Assembly: GCA_030141605.1 (NCBI GenBank)
Contig: JAQGDQ010000511.1
Coordinates: 61,102 to 125,101, forward strand
Direction: 5' to 3'
DNA: 64,000 nucleotides
From: Tubiluchus corallicola
Lineage: Eukaryota; Animalia; Priapulida
Shown here: piece by piece, positions 27,791 through 41,565 of the stretch
Numbering within the stretch: the first letter of the stretch is position 1
Layout of the letters: the number at the start of each line of letters is the position of its first letter
Translations under genes and position numbers: made by a program
Notes under the pieces: model-generated
Seen by the model: the letters and a program-made list of their open reading frames with translations, nothing else
What the model was told of the DNA's origin: nothing
Databases searched by the model: none

Positions 27791-28600
27791 TATAGGTTTT
27801 ACATGTCAAATGTAGAACTGCGTTAACTCAAATGTAGATTTAGGTAATTCAAATGTGTCTTGGTAACTCAAATGTCGACTTTGGTAGTTCAAATGTGTTA
27901 ACAATGGTTTTCAAGAAATCTTAAGCGTTTTTGATAAGTCAAATGTAGACACATGTCAAGTCAAATTTGACATTTGTATCTCAAATGTGGATAGGTGGTA
28001 AAGTTTAAGGATGTTAAATTTAATCTTTTTTCATTTCAATTTAATAATTGCTCTTAAGTTAAAATAAGAACGTTATAGGTCTACTAATATTCTGCAAACT
28101 TTACATACCATTGGAACTGTTAGAGAAAACAATATATTCTTAAAATAAACAATGCTTATTGAGAGAAACTAATTCATTAATGCAGTGCTAATAATGCATT
28201 ACTTAAAAAACTGATTAGTGATTCACTGTTCATTCGGAAGTGGGAACCGATTTATTCTTTTCTGCCGACATTTTTTGTAAAACGTTGACAAATAAAATGT
28301 AGAATTGGTGTATATATTAATTAAGATATAATCGTTAACTTATTTATGTACAACACTTTTAAACACGTTAAAATATATTAACGTCCATACAAATAGTTGC
28401 AAATTAATTAAATATAATAAAAATTGATGCTGCCGATAGCACCATGACCATAAACTATAATTTTAATTTGGTTTTATCTTTTTGTAATTTGCACTTAAAT
28501 GAGTTAATTACCGATTTATTCAAAGTACCGCATCTACATTTGACTTACCTAAGACACATTTGAACTTTCCTGTGTCTACATTTGACGTGTAAAACCTATA
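27791..28600. mobile_element. MITE with 26-bp TIRs (TA/TATA flanks) and ~21-bp-spaced TCAAATGT subterminal repeats
   Basis: TATAGGTTTTACATGTCAAATGTAGA versus reverse complement TATAGGTTTTACACGTCAAATGTAGA (1 mismatch). Confidence 0.88.
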
Positions 28601-29159
28601 TATTGTCTGTAGGAATAAAATATTCGAAGGAAAAATCACGTGAACAACAAATGCGCCATTATTGCAACAATGGAAGAAACTTCTGGAATTTAAACGCTCT
28701 CACAATGGATCTTTACGTGATAAAAACAGAATAAAATGTTCGAGTAACATTAGAGCCAGGACGCAAGATTACATCAAATTATGGAAATGCTTTATTTGAA
28801 CTGTATAATTACAATTCATACATGTTACACACATAATTTTGATATAGATTGATACATATAATTTTTAAGCCCATTATGACTTAGTGTGTGAAGTGATTTT
28901 GTGAAATATGGTTGTTTGAGTAGGCCCACATATAGTGCATAGTACATACAGGCCTATTACGTACTACTTAGTTATTTCATAGTCCATTTAAACGTGTTAC
29001 CGGCAACTTTCTCCAGCTAAGTAAACCAAAACGTAGTTCACCATAAAATTTCAGATGAGGATTGCTCTCCATAAATTTTTTAGAGTGAAAACATTACCAC
29101 ATTATTGAGGATTGAAGATATATGACTGTGCGTTTAATCCTAACTGTTCACATAAGTTT

Positions 29160-29471
29160 GAAGCGTGCATACAGCGAGGGATACAGAGTACGATTTTGAG
29201 CGATTTTTACCGCTAAAGCGCTCAGAATCAATCGTTCTGCTAATAGAATATGCGCGCAGAGCTTTGTGTGCTGTAAACTATTCGGTCACGAACTTGGAAG
29301 CGTCCCATAATGCATCGCTTAGCAGCACTGCGCATGCTCAGTCGTATGTTTGCGTGTTTCTCCATTGAGTATTTTTGCCGTAGTTGCGCTTCGAAAATCG
29401 GCAAGAAACGGAAGAAATTTGAGGCGTTTTGCACACTAGAATTGTTGCGCTTTTCCAGCTAAAGGACAGAC
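29160..29471 (+). promoter_or_regulatory. Candidate CpG-rich promoter/5'UTR of the SAMD1-like gene
   Basis: Local CpG enrichment. NRF1-like TGCGCATGCTC at 29329-29339 overlaps Inr-like TCAGTC at 29338-29343; ETS-like CGGAAG at ~29409. Confidence 0.5.
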
Positions 29472-30086
29472 ATGGATGATGTGGAACACAAGGAGTTAAT
29501 ATTGGACACGATCGACCAGCTCAGAAAGAGAAAAGCTAGGCCAGACATTGAGCGCATTTGTCATATGCTCGAGCGAAAACATGGGCTGAGCGCGTCGGTT
29601 GTGAGTAGCGCGCTGGAAAAACTCGTGCAAGCCGCCGTCGTTATGAAAGTCGAGTACAAAGGCAGCACAAGTTATCGAAATGCTGCCAAGTGGAGGAAAA
29701 CTAATGTTGGTGGACACTTGCTGAACACTAGCGAGACAAGCAAGTTTATTTTCCATGCAATTAGTGTCCTCCAAGACAACGAGAATACAGACGGAGATCA
29801 GGCGCGTGGTGTAAGCTTGCAGGATATCGAGAAATACTGCAAATGCGTTGACAATGAGAAACTGGATACGGAAGCTAGCAGAAATCAACTGGTTTTCGCT
29901 TTAAAACGGGAAGTCGAGACTGGAAAACTGAAAATTTTACCGGACGGTTGTTATACGCTAGCGAATTACGAGGTGAAGAATGAACAGACAAAAGGGAAGG
30001 CAAAGCAAGATAAGCCGCCGGCGAAAAAAGGGAGGCCGCCCGGTAGCCTGAATAAAGCGAAACTCAATAAAGTGACAAAGCGAAAG
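29472..30086 (+). CDS. SAMD1: SAMD1-like gene, coding exon 1 (205 codons): SAMD1-type winged helix, second WH/H15-like region, AT-hook-like motif
   Basis: ILDTIDQLRKRKARPDIERICHMLERKHG...LEKLVQ..VMKVEYKGSTSYRNAA closely resembles the vertebrate SAMD1 WH as recalled (ILDTIDSLRSRKARPDLERIC...LEKLIQ..VLRVSYKGSISYRNAA). KKGRPPGS follows. Donor AAG|GTAATG, phase 0. Confidence 0.92.
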
Positions 30087-30332
30087 GTAATGTTAAATTC
30101 TTTTAGCTTGCTTCGTGGAAAGGAAAATTTAGTTATTAGAAAATTTTAAAGTCAGATTTGTTTCATTATTAATGAACGAGAATTTTATCGTTGATATTTT
30201 GGACTTGCTGACCCGTTCCTGTGGAAAGTTCAACAAAACACGGCACGTACAGCAGTTATTAAATGTGTCCACTACAACGACAGGGCTGGCCACTTTGGCC
30301 CCATTCTTGGAATTGTTTGGGTGTCATTAGGG

Positions 30333-31115
30333 TGACTGGTAATAAAGTCAAAGGAAAAAAGTCACAATTTTGACTAGGAAAAACTCGTAATTTTGGCTAG
30401 AGTTAGGGTAAAGGTTAAGCAGGCCCGATGAGAGAGAGGGCAGGGGAGGCAGTGCCCTGGGGCTCGGGTGTCTAGGGGGCCCTAGAAGATTAAATACGCA
30501 ACCAGGGTTTTATATGGCTAGACCTGCTAAAGTTTTTTTCTTCATAAAGCAGTTTACGTCGATTAGCCATTTCTTTTTGTCTTTCTCTAGCTTTTCCCTC
30601 ATCAGTACTGCCCTTGTGATTGGTGGAGACATTGAAAATAATGAGGAATGGGCAGAATCGTTCACAAAAGTTGACAACTTCACTTTAGTTAATTAAAAAA
30701 AATATTTATGCATTTTCTGGTTTTTGTTTTGCTTATAGTCATCACAGCTTGAATGTCTTAGGTTCTTACAGTATGGTCATTAATGGTGTCTTTTAGGTGT
30801 TAATTCAGCTTTATGTAATATTTTGTCACTTGAAGAGGGGCTCTTAATGCTTGCTGCCCCGGGGCCCGCAATGGCTCTACACGACCCTGGGGTTAGGGTT
30901 TGCGTTATGCTTAGGGTAGGTTTATGGTTAGGGCTAGGGTTAGGGTTATGGTTAGGGTTAGGATTATGATTAGGGTTCTGGTTTTGGTTAGGGTTAGGGG
31001 TGGGTTAGTGTTAGGTTCAGGTTCTGGTAAGAATTAGGATTTGGTTTCGGGTTGGGATAGGGTTATGGTTGTGGTTAGGGTTAGGGTCATTTCCTTTTTC
31101 CTGCGCCTTTTTACC
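30333..31115. repeat. Element with degenerate (TTAGGG)n interior and imperfect inverted ends, interrupted by a hAT-like MITE at 30420-30889
   Basis: GGTTAGGG-type hexamers at 30395-30419 and 30890-31088. Ends GGTAATAAAGTCAAAGGAAAAAAG / CTTTTTCCTGCGCCTTTTTACC. Insert is CAGG...CCTG with flanks AGGTTAAG / GGGTTAGG. Confidence 0.6.
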
Positions 31116-31344
31116 TTAATTTATCGTTTATTAATGGCAGCTGATCAGAAAATTTCATTTCATACTCAACTATAAGTTCAGAATAATTAGTATTGTACAT
31201 ATATAATGAAAAATCAGACGGTATTTAACGTAGGCTACGTGTAAATGAAACTGGCTGCGGTGTGTCGCTAATTGATGTATTAATTACGGTTTTTAAAATG
31301 GTAAAAAGCACGGGGGGGGGGGGACGAAACATTTTACTGTTTAT

Positions 31345-31989
31345 TCGTTTTGAAATTTTATATCATTTACATACTGCCTTTTTGCAAGCAGGACTTCAAT
31401 CGGCAGTCACGCTGTATAAAACATGTAAATTTAAACTCCCGCCGCGATGACCGTTAGACGCAGCCATTTTCACGACATGTCATTTGAAACAAGTTTAGAT
31501 AACATTTTGTAAAGTTTGAAAAAATAATCAGAGCATTCGTAGCGCACAAGTCACTAACTAAATAAAATTTAAAATTACCGTATCTTGTCAATAAGATTAA
31601 AAATACGTTTTTGGTTAGTGAGTGGCGCACCCTGGAGGGTGAGTCAGCGACATTTTACCAATTGGTGAAAGCATTTTAAATAATTAATAATTTTCTTTTC
31701 TAGTTACCTAAGTCCTTCAAGCAGGTAAGCGAAAGTCTAAGTAATATAGATTTGCACAGAAAGTCTTTTGAGACATAATTTAACATTGCCTTTTCTTCCC
31801 TTGATTTACGTTTGGTACATGACGTCATGTAATGGCGACTTCGGAATAGTATTGCAGGGGATTTAAATTGAAAACAAACTAAAATTCATTTCAGTGCGAG
31901 TAAGATATACGCATAAAATTGCTGTAAAGTTATATAATTTTTAAGACGATTTTTCTGAGACCTACTTCAGGCACCCCATTTCCTGTCCT
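31345..31989 (+). mobile_element. Kolobok-type MITE, family A (left end truncated)
   Basis: Homologous to 50928-51608; ends TGTCCT|TTAA. Confidence 0.8.
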
Positions 31990-32282
31990 TTAATGACCAA
32001 ATCTTACAAACCTGTTCGCCTCATTTCTTGTTGTCATACCACAGTGTAACACATGCGCTTGATTACTGTCATATATTTGCCGATATGCCTATAAACGATT
32101 TCGTAACTTTGTCTTCAACTAAGAGCCGGTTTGTAACATTTAAAATTTCCCCAGATTTGAGGTTGCATTTGCTACGTAGGCAATTATCAGTAACTGCATG
32201 GGTGACCAGATTATAGTGTTGTGTTGTAACCTGTAGCTGTATATAATTATGTAGATCTATCCTAGGCCCAGCGCTGCCAGTC

Positions 32283-32925
32283 TTACATATTTATTTCATT
32301 CACACGTAATAGTAAGATACAGTCTATAATAAAAACGACATAATATATAAAACACGTTGGCAAGATATATACAAATGCAATATTTACAACAATGTGGTAA
32401 AGACACAAAGAGATTAACTGCTTACATGTGTCTATTGTGAACAAGGAATCTATACAAGTTAACTTTATATAAGCGGCTTTTAAATAACTTAATATTTTGT
32501 GCAATTACGAGGGGTGCACCATCAACATATGCAGGCAATGAGTTCCAAATCTGTACAACTTGATTTGAGAAAAATTGACCACCAAATGATACTTTAGCTG
32601 TTCGACACACGAAAATCTTCAAAGAATGATTTTGCCTTGTTTTGTCCAAGATACTCGAGTAAAAAATTTGTCAAAATCAACATCAACTTCTCTATGAATA
32701 ATTTGGTTGCATAAAGCTAAATCTTTTTGAATGCGTTTCTCCTAAAGATTTTAAATGCAGAATCTCCAGACGCTTAGGATATGGCATATACATTAAATTA
32801 CATCTATAAAACAGGCGTCGAGTAAAGTATCGCTGTACACTTTCTATACGGTCAACATTACCCAATAGAGCAGGATTCCAGACTGGCGAGCAATACTCTA
32901 CAATAAGTCTTATGTAAACTATGGT
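32283..32925 (-). mobile_element. CR1 LINE 3' fragment
   Basis: Minus strand RLIVEYCSPVWNPALLGNVDRIEKVQRYFTRR ... FFSNQVVQIWNSLPA. Confidence 0.85.
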
Positions 32926-33480
32926 GTCTATATACGATGTCTACATGCTGTCTATATAGGCTATATATGTATGTGCTTGTATACCGATCGTGAATTTAAA
33001 ATTAGAATGCTGAAACTATCAAACAGAGACAATTTAGGGCTAAATTTTAGGTTGGGGTGTTCGCGACCGGGTTCGATACGATCCCGATCCTCGATCCCGA
33101 ACTTTTCTTAAACTCCGAACCCCGTTCCGTCTTTCACTCGTCGAGGGGGGGGGTCCTGTTGTCTGGGCAACTCAGGATCTCCATACACCTTGCCCAGGCG
33201 TGCGCCCTGGAGACATTCAAGGATCGGACTCTCTTGGCGCACATTCCATTGTCTTCCGAGACAGAAGGACGCCAACAATATAGAGAGAGTGCATTCAGCT
33301 ATCTGGTGGTGGTGTGATTTGCCAATAATGTTGGAACAATTTACGAAAAATATTTTGTTTTATTTTCGTCTCACTTATAGTACTTTCCTATCGAAAATTC
33401 GCCCAGTTAGATATAAGGCTTGCAAATCAGTATTGATAATTGTTCTTTTTAATAAATATTTAAATTTCACTTTTACGTAA

Positions 33481-34093
33481 AGCAAAACCAGACACAATCT
33501 TAAACTGCATTTTAAAATAATCTACTCTAAAATATTGAAAGGAGGCGTGCTATTTTTTTCAAAAATGAATTACTTGAATGAATTATTACCTCATAAACAC
33601 AATTTTACGTTCGCGCCACTAGTTCTTCGCTGTTACATGCATTTCGCCATTCACTAGTTAGACGGACACTAGTGCCTGCATTTCGGAAACGCACTGCACA
33701 AAAAACATGGGCTGTACCTCTCAGTTCAGATGTGTTAATTTGTGACGAACTACACACGTTCGACAGCTCATGCGTGAGCACAGCGGGAAATTTGAAATTT
33801 GAATTTTTATTTTAAAACTTGCCTAGTTTTAGTACAACACACTGAGTAACTTACAGTAGCACTGTACTTCAACTGTCACTTTCTCAAACACGTGCAAAAC
33901 GCTCGTGGAATATTTTTGGTGTTGAAAATTATGTTAGTTTGTGATGTCATGAATAATTGGGCTCACCTGCCGTTAGCTAAGTTTCTAATTTATTATTTAA
34001 TTATCGGGAGCGCTTTTGGAGTATTAATTGTGTTAAAATGTATGCTTTTTACTGTACTTGAAAATAGTATATGAAAAATCATCCTGTCTTCCT
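33481..34093 (+). mobile_element. Kolobok-type MITE, family B
   Basis: GTAA|AGCAAAACC ... TCTTCCT|TTAA. Homologous to 41566-42143 (reversed), 46051-46776 and 59700-60498. Confidence 0.78.
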
Positions 34094-34145
34094 TTAACAT
34101 AATGATGTTCGGAGGCTGAGGAACTAAAACTACGGAGACATGAAA

Positions 34146-34365
34146 GGGAAATGATAAGTCTTGTTCCCCCGTCTTCATGTATTTTGGCTGATGTCATCTT
34201 TGTTGACAATGTTATGAATGGGAAATGATAAGTCTTGTTGCCCCGTCTTCATGTATTTTGGCTGATGTCATCTTTGTTGACAATGTTATGAATGGGAAAT
34301 GATAAGTCTTGTTGCCCCGTCTTCATATGTTTTGGCTGATGTCATCTTTGTTGACTATGTTATCA
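34146..34365. repeat. 74-bp tandem repeat x3
   Basis: GGGAAATGATAAGTCTTGTT at 34146, 34220, 34294. Confidence 0.93.
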
Positions 34366-34609
34366 ACGTATTAGCGCCAGATCAATAATAAACAAATTTC
34401 TGCTGCTCGATTGTAAACATCTATTTTATCTTATCACCGAGTAATGAATGAACTTATAGCTGGCACCTTGCCAGACAGCGTACGTCAGTAAAGCTTGCTC
34501 GTAGTCTAGACGTCACTTTTTTCGTCGAGGCATTTTTAATTAAAGCTGACAGAACTAATTAACCTGCAGTAACTTCCGACCCAGCCTCATTCCCAACCAC
34601 CTGATCTCA

Positions 34610-34785
34610 AACCCCTAAAAACCCTGGGTCACGACCTCATTTAGCGTCCCGAACCCCTACAAACCCTGGGTCACGACCTCAGTTAGCGTCCCGAACCCCT
34701 AAAAGCCCTGGGTCACGACCTCAGTTAGCGTCCCGAACCCCCAAAAGCCCTGGGTCACGACCTCAGTTAGCGTCCCGAACCCCCC
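34610..34785. repeat. 42-bp tandem repeat x4
   Basis: CCCTGGGTCACGACCTCA.TTAGCGTCCCGAACCCC at 34622, 34664, 34706, 34748. Confidence 0.93.
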
Positions 34786-35119
34786 GATCCCGAAACACTG
34801 GTCCCGAAATAAACTCGAAAAGCCCTATTTGGGTGGTAAGAAACGAGAAACAAACTTATTCTCAGCTACCGGGAGAGGCCTCCCGAGCTGCACAAATGCT
34901 CCTAATTCAGGCCCTACTGTTTCTGAAGAGGCTTAGCAAATAAATAAGTTTTGGGTGTAGAAATAAAGCTGAGGTGGGTTTGGTTTGTTTAAAATTGTTT
35001 AGAATTGGTTGTATTTGGGACTGAGTTGTTGAGCAAAAAGTTAATTAGTTTACGAGGCAATCTTTATAAGATCGAGGGACAAAGACAACATTAATTACCT
35101 TCTCTCATTTAACAGACTT

Positions 35120-35705
<586 letters not shown>

Positions 35706-36321
35706 TAACTCATTATTGGAGAAAATTATTTACAAAAATGTTTTTCTAATTGCAAGGACCGTATTTTGTACTTGTGTAAATCAAGTTCAGTGTAAAAAAC
35801 ACTGTGCATAAAGCAGCCAGCAACCATGTAGTGTGCCACTATCACAACCTATGACGAATTTCATCTAGAATTACAGTTAGAATTGCTATAAACTGTATAA
35901 TATAATTTACCTGCATTAATAATTTACCAATTTGATTACTGCCAGATTCAAAATAGTTCCGTAAATACGAAATACACTAATGTACAGCATTGAATCTTAC
36001 AAGTCTTTACTTTGTAAGCCTTACAAGCTATGTCAGTGACAAAATAAAATCATCTTTGAGACGGTTTATGAATTTAGTTGACAAATTAGTTTCTAGCGCA
36101 TTAAAAATAGTTTTTATATCTAAATTTGAGAGAAGTGTAACAAGTGCTGTTCTTTTACAGTTACCTACAAGTGGGCAGTCAAAAGCAAATGATGTATCGT
36201 TTGATACGTATTTACATCGCGCTCATAGTGTCTATCAGGCACATAACCAATTCTGTTTAGAAAAATCTTTAAAATTACCCTGCCCAAACAAGATACTAGA
36301 TGCGAATCATTCTACTTTACA

Positions 36322-36728
36322 CAGCATTAACATTAACTTTAGCATTTAACATTAGCATTAGATTAACATTAACATTAGGATTAACTTTAGCATTAACATT
36401 AGCATTTACATTAGCACTAACATTAGCATTGACATTAGCATTAACATCAGCATTAACATTAGCATTACTTTCGCATTTAACATTAGCATTAACTTTAGCT
36501 TTAACATTAGCATTAACATTAGCATTGACATTAGCATTAACATCAGCATTAACATCAGCATTAACATTAGCATTAACGTTGGCATTAACTTTAGCATTAG
36601 ATTAGCATTAACATTAGCATTGATATTAGCATATTAGCATTAACATTAGCATAAACATTAGCATTAACGTTATCATTAACGTTAGCATTTACCTTTAGCA
36701 TTAACATTACCATTAGCATTAACATTAA
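36322..36728. repeat. Degenerate 12-bp (TTAACATTAGCA)n satellite
   Basis: Read directly; explains the LTLA/MLML ORFs. Confidence 0.93.
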
Positions 36729-37199
36729 CAACTATTTCGTATTTAGCGACTTACAATAATACAGGTATGGAAGCGACATGCAAGCAACGAATAGCATGTA
36801 GGATATGTGTCGTGGCATTGGCGTCCGCTAGACTCGAACTCGAGAACTCGAAATCTAGACGACACGGTCACCCAACCCTGGACTAACCAGGCATAGACGA
36901 CGTTACAACACAAGAAACTTAACTGTGTATAAATTATTTCTTTATTGAACCGTTGAGCAAAGTAAATTACAAGAGACTAAGAAAAAACTAGACTTGAAAA
37001 AACATTCTACATCTGAACAAACAAACCACTTATAAATGGTGTAATGGTTCAAGCACAAAAAAAAAACGCATACAACGGAGCAAAATACGTGCAAATCATA
37101 AACGTAATATGATAAGTATTACAGTTAGTCAGTCAGTTAGGGTTGCACTGAGTTATGTCATTCGGTCCTGCCTTCAAATATTTTGTGGATCAATCTAGC

Positions 37200-37608
37200 A
37201 TTAATTTTAATAACTTCTACATTTTAAATTATTAGTTTAGTTACATAAGTCTTTACAGCAGGTAAATGAAATGCTAAGTATTATAGATTTGCACGGAAAG
37301 TGTTTTGGGACATAATTTAACATCGCCTTTTCTTCCCCTGATTTACGTGTTTTAGTGACGTCATGTAATGGCGCCGTTGGAACAGTATTGCCGGAGATTT
37401 AAAATGCAAATTTTAAAATGCAAACGAAAATTGCTTTCCACGCGAATACGATATGTGCATAAAATTGCTGTAAAGTAGTGTAATTGTTTAAGGCGATTTT
37501 TCTAAAACCGCTTCAGGTGCCTCTTTTCTTGTCCTTTAAGTAATTAAAACTTCCTGCATAAACCTGCTTAATGAAACCTACTTCAGGTGTCTCTTTTCTT
37601 GTCCTTAA
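37200..37608 (+). mobile_element. Kolobok-type MITE, family A right half with a duplicated terminus
   Basis: Ends TTTTCTTGTCCT|TTAA at 37535; the terminal ~35 bp is repeated at 37575-37608. Confidence 0.7.
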
Positions 37609-38395
37609 AGCAGTTGGGCTCTTTTTGCCTAACAAGGTACTTATATATGTATGTATATATATATATAATCTTTATTTGCCATTAAAATACATTGATAATC
37701 ACTGATAAAAACTTTACAGAGACGATCAATCAGTGTTAGTTAATAAAAACTTACACTGCTAAAGGCAAATGCGTCAGTGCAATCTAAACTACTGTGCAGT
37801 AATGGAAAGTAACGACGAATAAAATCAAACATATTTACAACTAAGCACAAGAAAATGAAAAAAAATATGATTTAATTAATATGGCCGTGGATATATAAAT
37901 TCTGAATTAGTGTGTATGTTGTCGTACTGGTGTGTTGGTATTTCATATCTGGTTAATATTAGTGAATTTAATTTTGTTTTAATCTAAAAGCCGATACGGA
38001 CTTGATTTGTTTAACCTGCACTAGCGTCACTGTAACCTGTACATGTACTTACTTCAGACTTTTGGATATCACAGTTTGATAACGTCATTATCCTTTAAAC
38101 AATTATCCCGTTATTAAATTTTTATACGCGTTTATCGATTATATATCTACCAAGCTGACGTCGGGCAAGCTAACAAGGTTTGCATTGATTGATGGTTCTA
38201 TAACAGAGCATGTTGTTAGTTTTTAAAAGAACGAAGCGAAAACAAGAAAAGAGAAGAAAAAACAAGAAAAGTTTTGAACAGTATCATATACATGCATGCA
38301 GTTATAGGTTTATATAGGCGCACAGTTTACACACTATGCTAATATCAAGCATGCAAGGAGGCGAACAGCAGTGGGAGAAAACTTAGCAGAATCGA

Positions 38396-38785
38396 TATCT
38401 GCCCTAGCTTGCTTTTCTCGGTAAGTTGAAGCTTAGTAATAACTACATAGTACTGTACCGACAAAGTTGCGTTAGACTGACGCTAGTACGATAGCTGCCC
38501 TAGCTTGCTTTTCTCGGTAAGTTGAAGCTTAGTAATAACTACATAGTACTGTACCGACAAAGTTGCGTTAGACTGATGCCTAGTATACGATAGCTGGCCT
38601 AGCTTGCTTTTCTCGGTAAGTTGAAGCTTAGTAATAACTACATAGTACTGTACCGACAAAGTTGCGTTAGACTGATGCCTAGTATACGATAGCTGGCCTA
38701 GCTTGCTTTTCTCGGTAAGTTGAAGCTTAGTAATAACTACATAGTACTGTACCGACAAAGTTGCGTTAGACTGACGCCTAGTATG
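38396..38785. repeat. 99-bp minisatellite x4 (first unit 96 bp)
   Basis: TAGCTTGCTTTTCTCGG at 38405, 38501, 38600, 38699. Confidence 0.95.
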
Positions 38786-39426
38786 ATTACGCGAAGCTTC
38801 ATGAAAACTACGATATTGCTCTTTTACGTTTCCAACATTAAGAATTCTCAAGTAGGTAGATAATGTTCCAAGAACGTATGCGCTGATGAAAATTGATACG
38901 ATTATTGATGGTAACAACAGTGAATGGTAACGACTGCTATACATTCATAATACGCTTCATACAAAACTGAAATGCTAACGTAATTTGCTGATATTTTGAA
39001 GTTTAATAGAACTACATGTAGCAAGCGTATCATCATACTGTAACAATTCTTGGGCAGCCAAGTTTTTCATAATATATATATTTATATAAACATATATTTG
39101 TACTGTCCAGACGCTGAGATTTTCGTTGCAGTCATCAATCCGTTTAGTAACAGTCCCGGCGTTGCTTAACTAACGCAGCTAAGCACAAACCGTTATCGTT
39201 CATGTATTCTAGTCACTTTTTACTCTGTTTGCTAACTTGTGAATTTTGTAGGCAACTCTCTACACCCCGTAAAAACTGTTAATCCTGTTGATTAGACTTG
39301 ATTTCTAAAGAAATGCAGACGACTGAAACATTATAGACTGGGAACTAAGAGTTACTAAGTGTGTGATGCGGGCAGATGTGCATGATTTTTGAAGAATTAA
39401 TTTAGACTGGATGAAGGACTGGATTT

Positions 39427-40024
<598 letters not shown>

Positions 40025-40681
40025 TCTTTGGATGAATGATTAAACGAAAAACGAACCCTATTTTAAAATACAGCTCAAAGCATATCTACTTTACAAAATA
40101 TTGAAAGGCAACGTACTATTTTTTCATGAATGACTTACGTGAAAGAATTATTACCACAGAAACGTAATTTCGCGCTCACGAACATCAAGAAAATATGATT
40201 GATACATTAATAAAAATACATAATGACTCCGGTCAAAATGTGGCTGTCACAGCGTGCTTGTGTCACTGTTATAGTATGTCGGCAAGCTTTTTATGTTTAA
40301 TTACGGTTGATAGAAACAAATTAACTACAATATCAGCTGTCCGCGCTGTGCACTAGGCTTCGGAACGTTTTCTGTTTTAGTTTAAATCTAAATCTGGCGT
40401 ACTTTGTAGTGAAAGAAAGTGGAATCAATCTTACAGTATGTCTCAAAAAACTTTCCGCACAAAAATAGGTTAGTTGAAATTGTCTTATCTTTAAAAGACT
40501 TATGCAAACGAAACATCACTGTTTCACTATCCCAGTGTGCATCGAAAACGTCGCTGGTTCACGAAAAAACGCACTGCTGATATATCAAAATAATTTATGG
40601 TTTTTCTTAGTTAGTGAAGAGTGTGATACCTATGATGGTATTCTTTTCGAACTTTGCGCAGTGTTCTCTAAAATTGCTTAA

Positions 40682-41366
40682 GGCACAACAAAACCCTCCA
40701 CTTACATAAAGCTTAAGAAATTCATCTTGAAATTTTACACCACGTGCGCACTGCCTTTTTGTATGCAGGACTTGCGTCGGCAGTAACGATGCATAAAACG
40801 TAAATTTAAACTCCCGCGAATGCCGTTAGACGAAGCCATTTTGACGACAAGTCATTTGAAACAAGTTTAGATAACATTCTGCAAAGTTTGAAAAAATAAT
40901 CAGAGCATTCGTAGTGCACAAGTCACTAACTAAATAAAATTTAAAATTACTGTATCTTGTCAATAAGATTAAAGATACGTTTTTGGTTAGTGAGTGGTGC
41001 ACCCTGGAGGGTGAATCAACGACATTTTACCAATTGGTGAAAACATTTTAAATAATTAATAATTTTCTTTTCTAGTTGCATAAGTTTTTCAAGCAGGTAA
41101 GTGAAATGCTGAGTAATATAGATTTGAATGGAAAGTTTTTTGGTACGTATGTATAGTTTAACATTTCTTTTTTTCCCTGATTTACCTTGTGCGTATATGA
41201 CGTCATGTAATGGCGCGGTCACAACAGTATTGCGGGAGATTTAAAATGAAAACAAACAAAAATCCTTTCAACGCGAGTACGATATACTCATAAAATTGCT
41301 ATAAAGTAATATAACTTTTAAGACGATTTTTTTCAAACCTACTTCAGGTACCCCATTTCTTGTCCC
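40682..41366 (+). mobile_element. Kolobok-type MITE, family A, full length
   Basis: TTAA|GGCACAACAAAA ... TTTCTTGTCCC|TTAA. Confidence 0.85.
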
Positions 41367-41565
41367 TTAAATTTTTTGTTCAATGACTGACCGCTTAAAT
41401 GGTTGAGTCTAACTGTCTTCGTAGGAATTCATTGTTTCAAGTTTTTTTACAGCATTGTTGCTAATACAAGCTGTGTTCAGTAAGATAGCATGTAGGTAAT
41501 ACAAAATTTCAAGATTTTTAACTTTATACGATGACAATGTTTACATAAGCTTTATTTATTTTTAA

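Noticed and set aside
30087-30149. C-terminal 20 aa of the 225-aa ORF (likewise the tails of ORFs 2884-3180 and 62394-62591)
   Set aside because: Intron read-through past strong splice donors; the spliced frame continues in downstream exons.
33035-34826. Large TAGGGCT...AGCCCTA element enclosing the 74-bp and 42-bp arrays
   Set aside because: The inverted match is only 7 bp and there is no TSD; boundaries unsupported.
36819-36892. 74-nt tRNA-like sequence on the minus strand with A/B-box-like motifs, a CTA at the anticodon position and a CCA end
   Set aside because: Acceptor, anticodon and T stems do not pair. At most a decayed SINE head or part of an LTR-like element, not a suppressor tRNA.
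38483-38944. 153-aa ORF with a hydrophobic N-terminus and 33-aa repeats
   Set aside because: Produced by the 99-bp array; antisense in an intron; repeats are near-identical at DNA level with no codon-position pattern.
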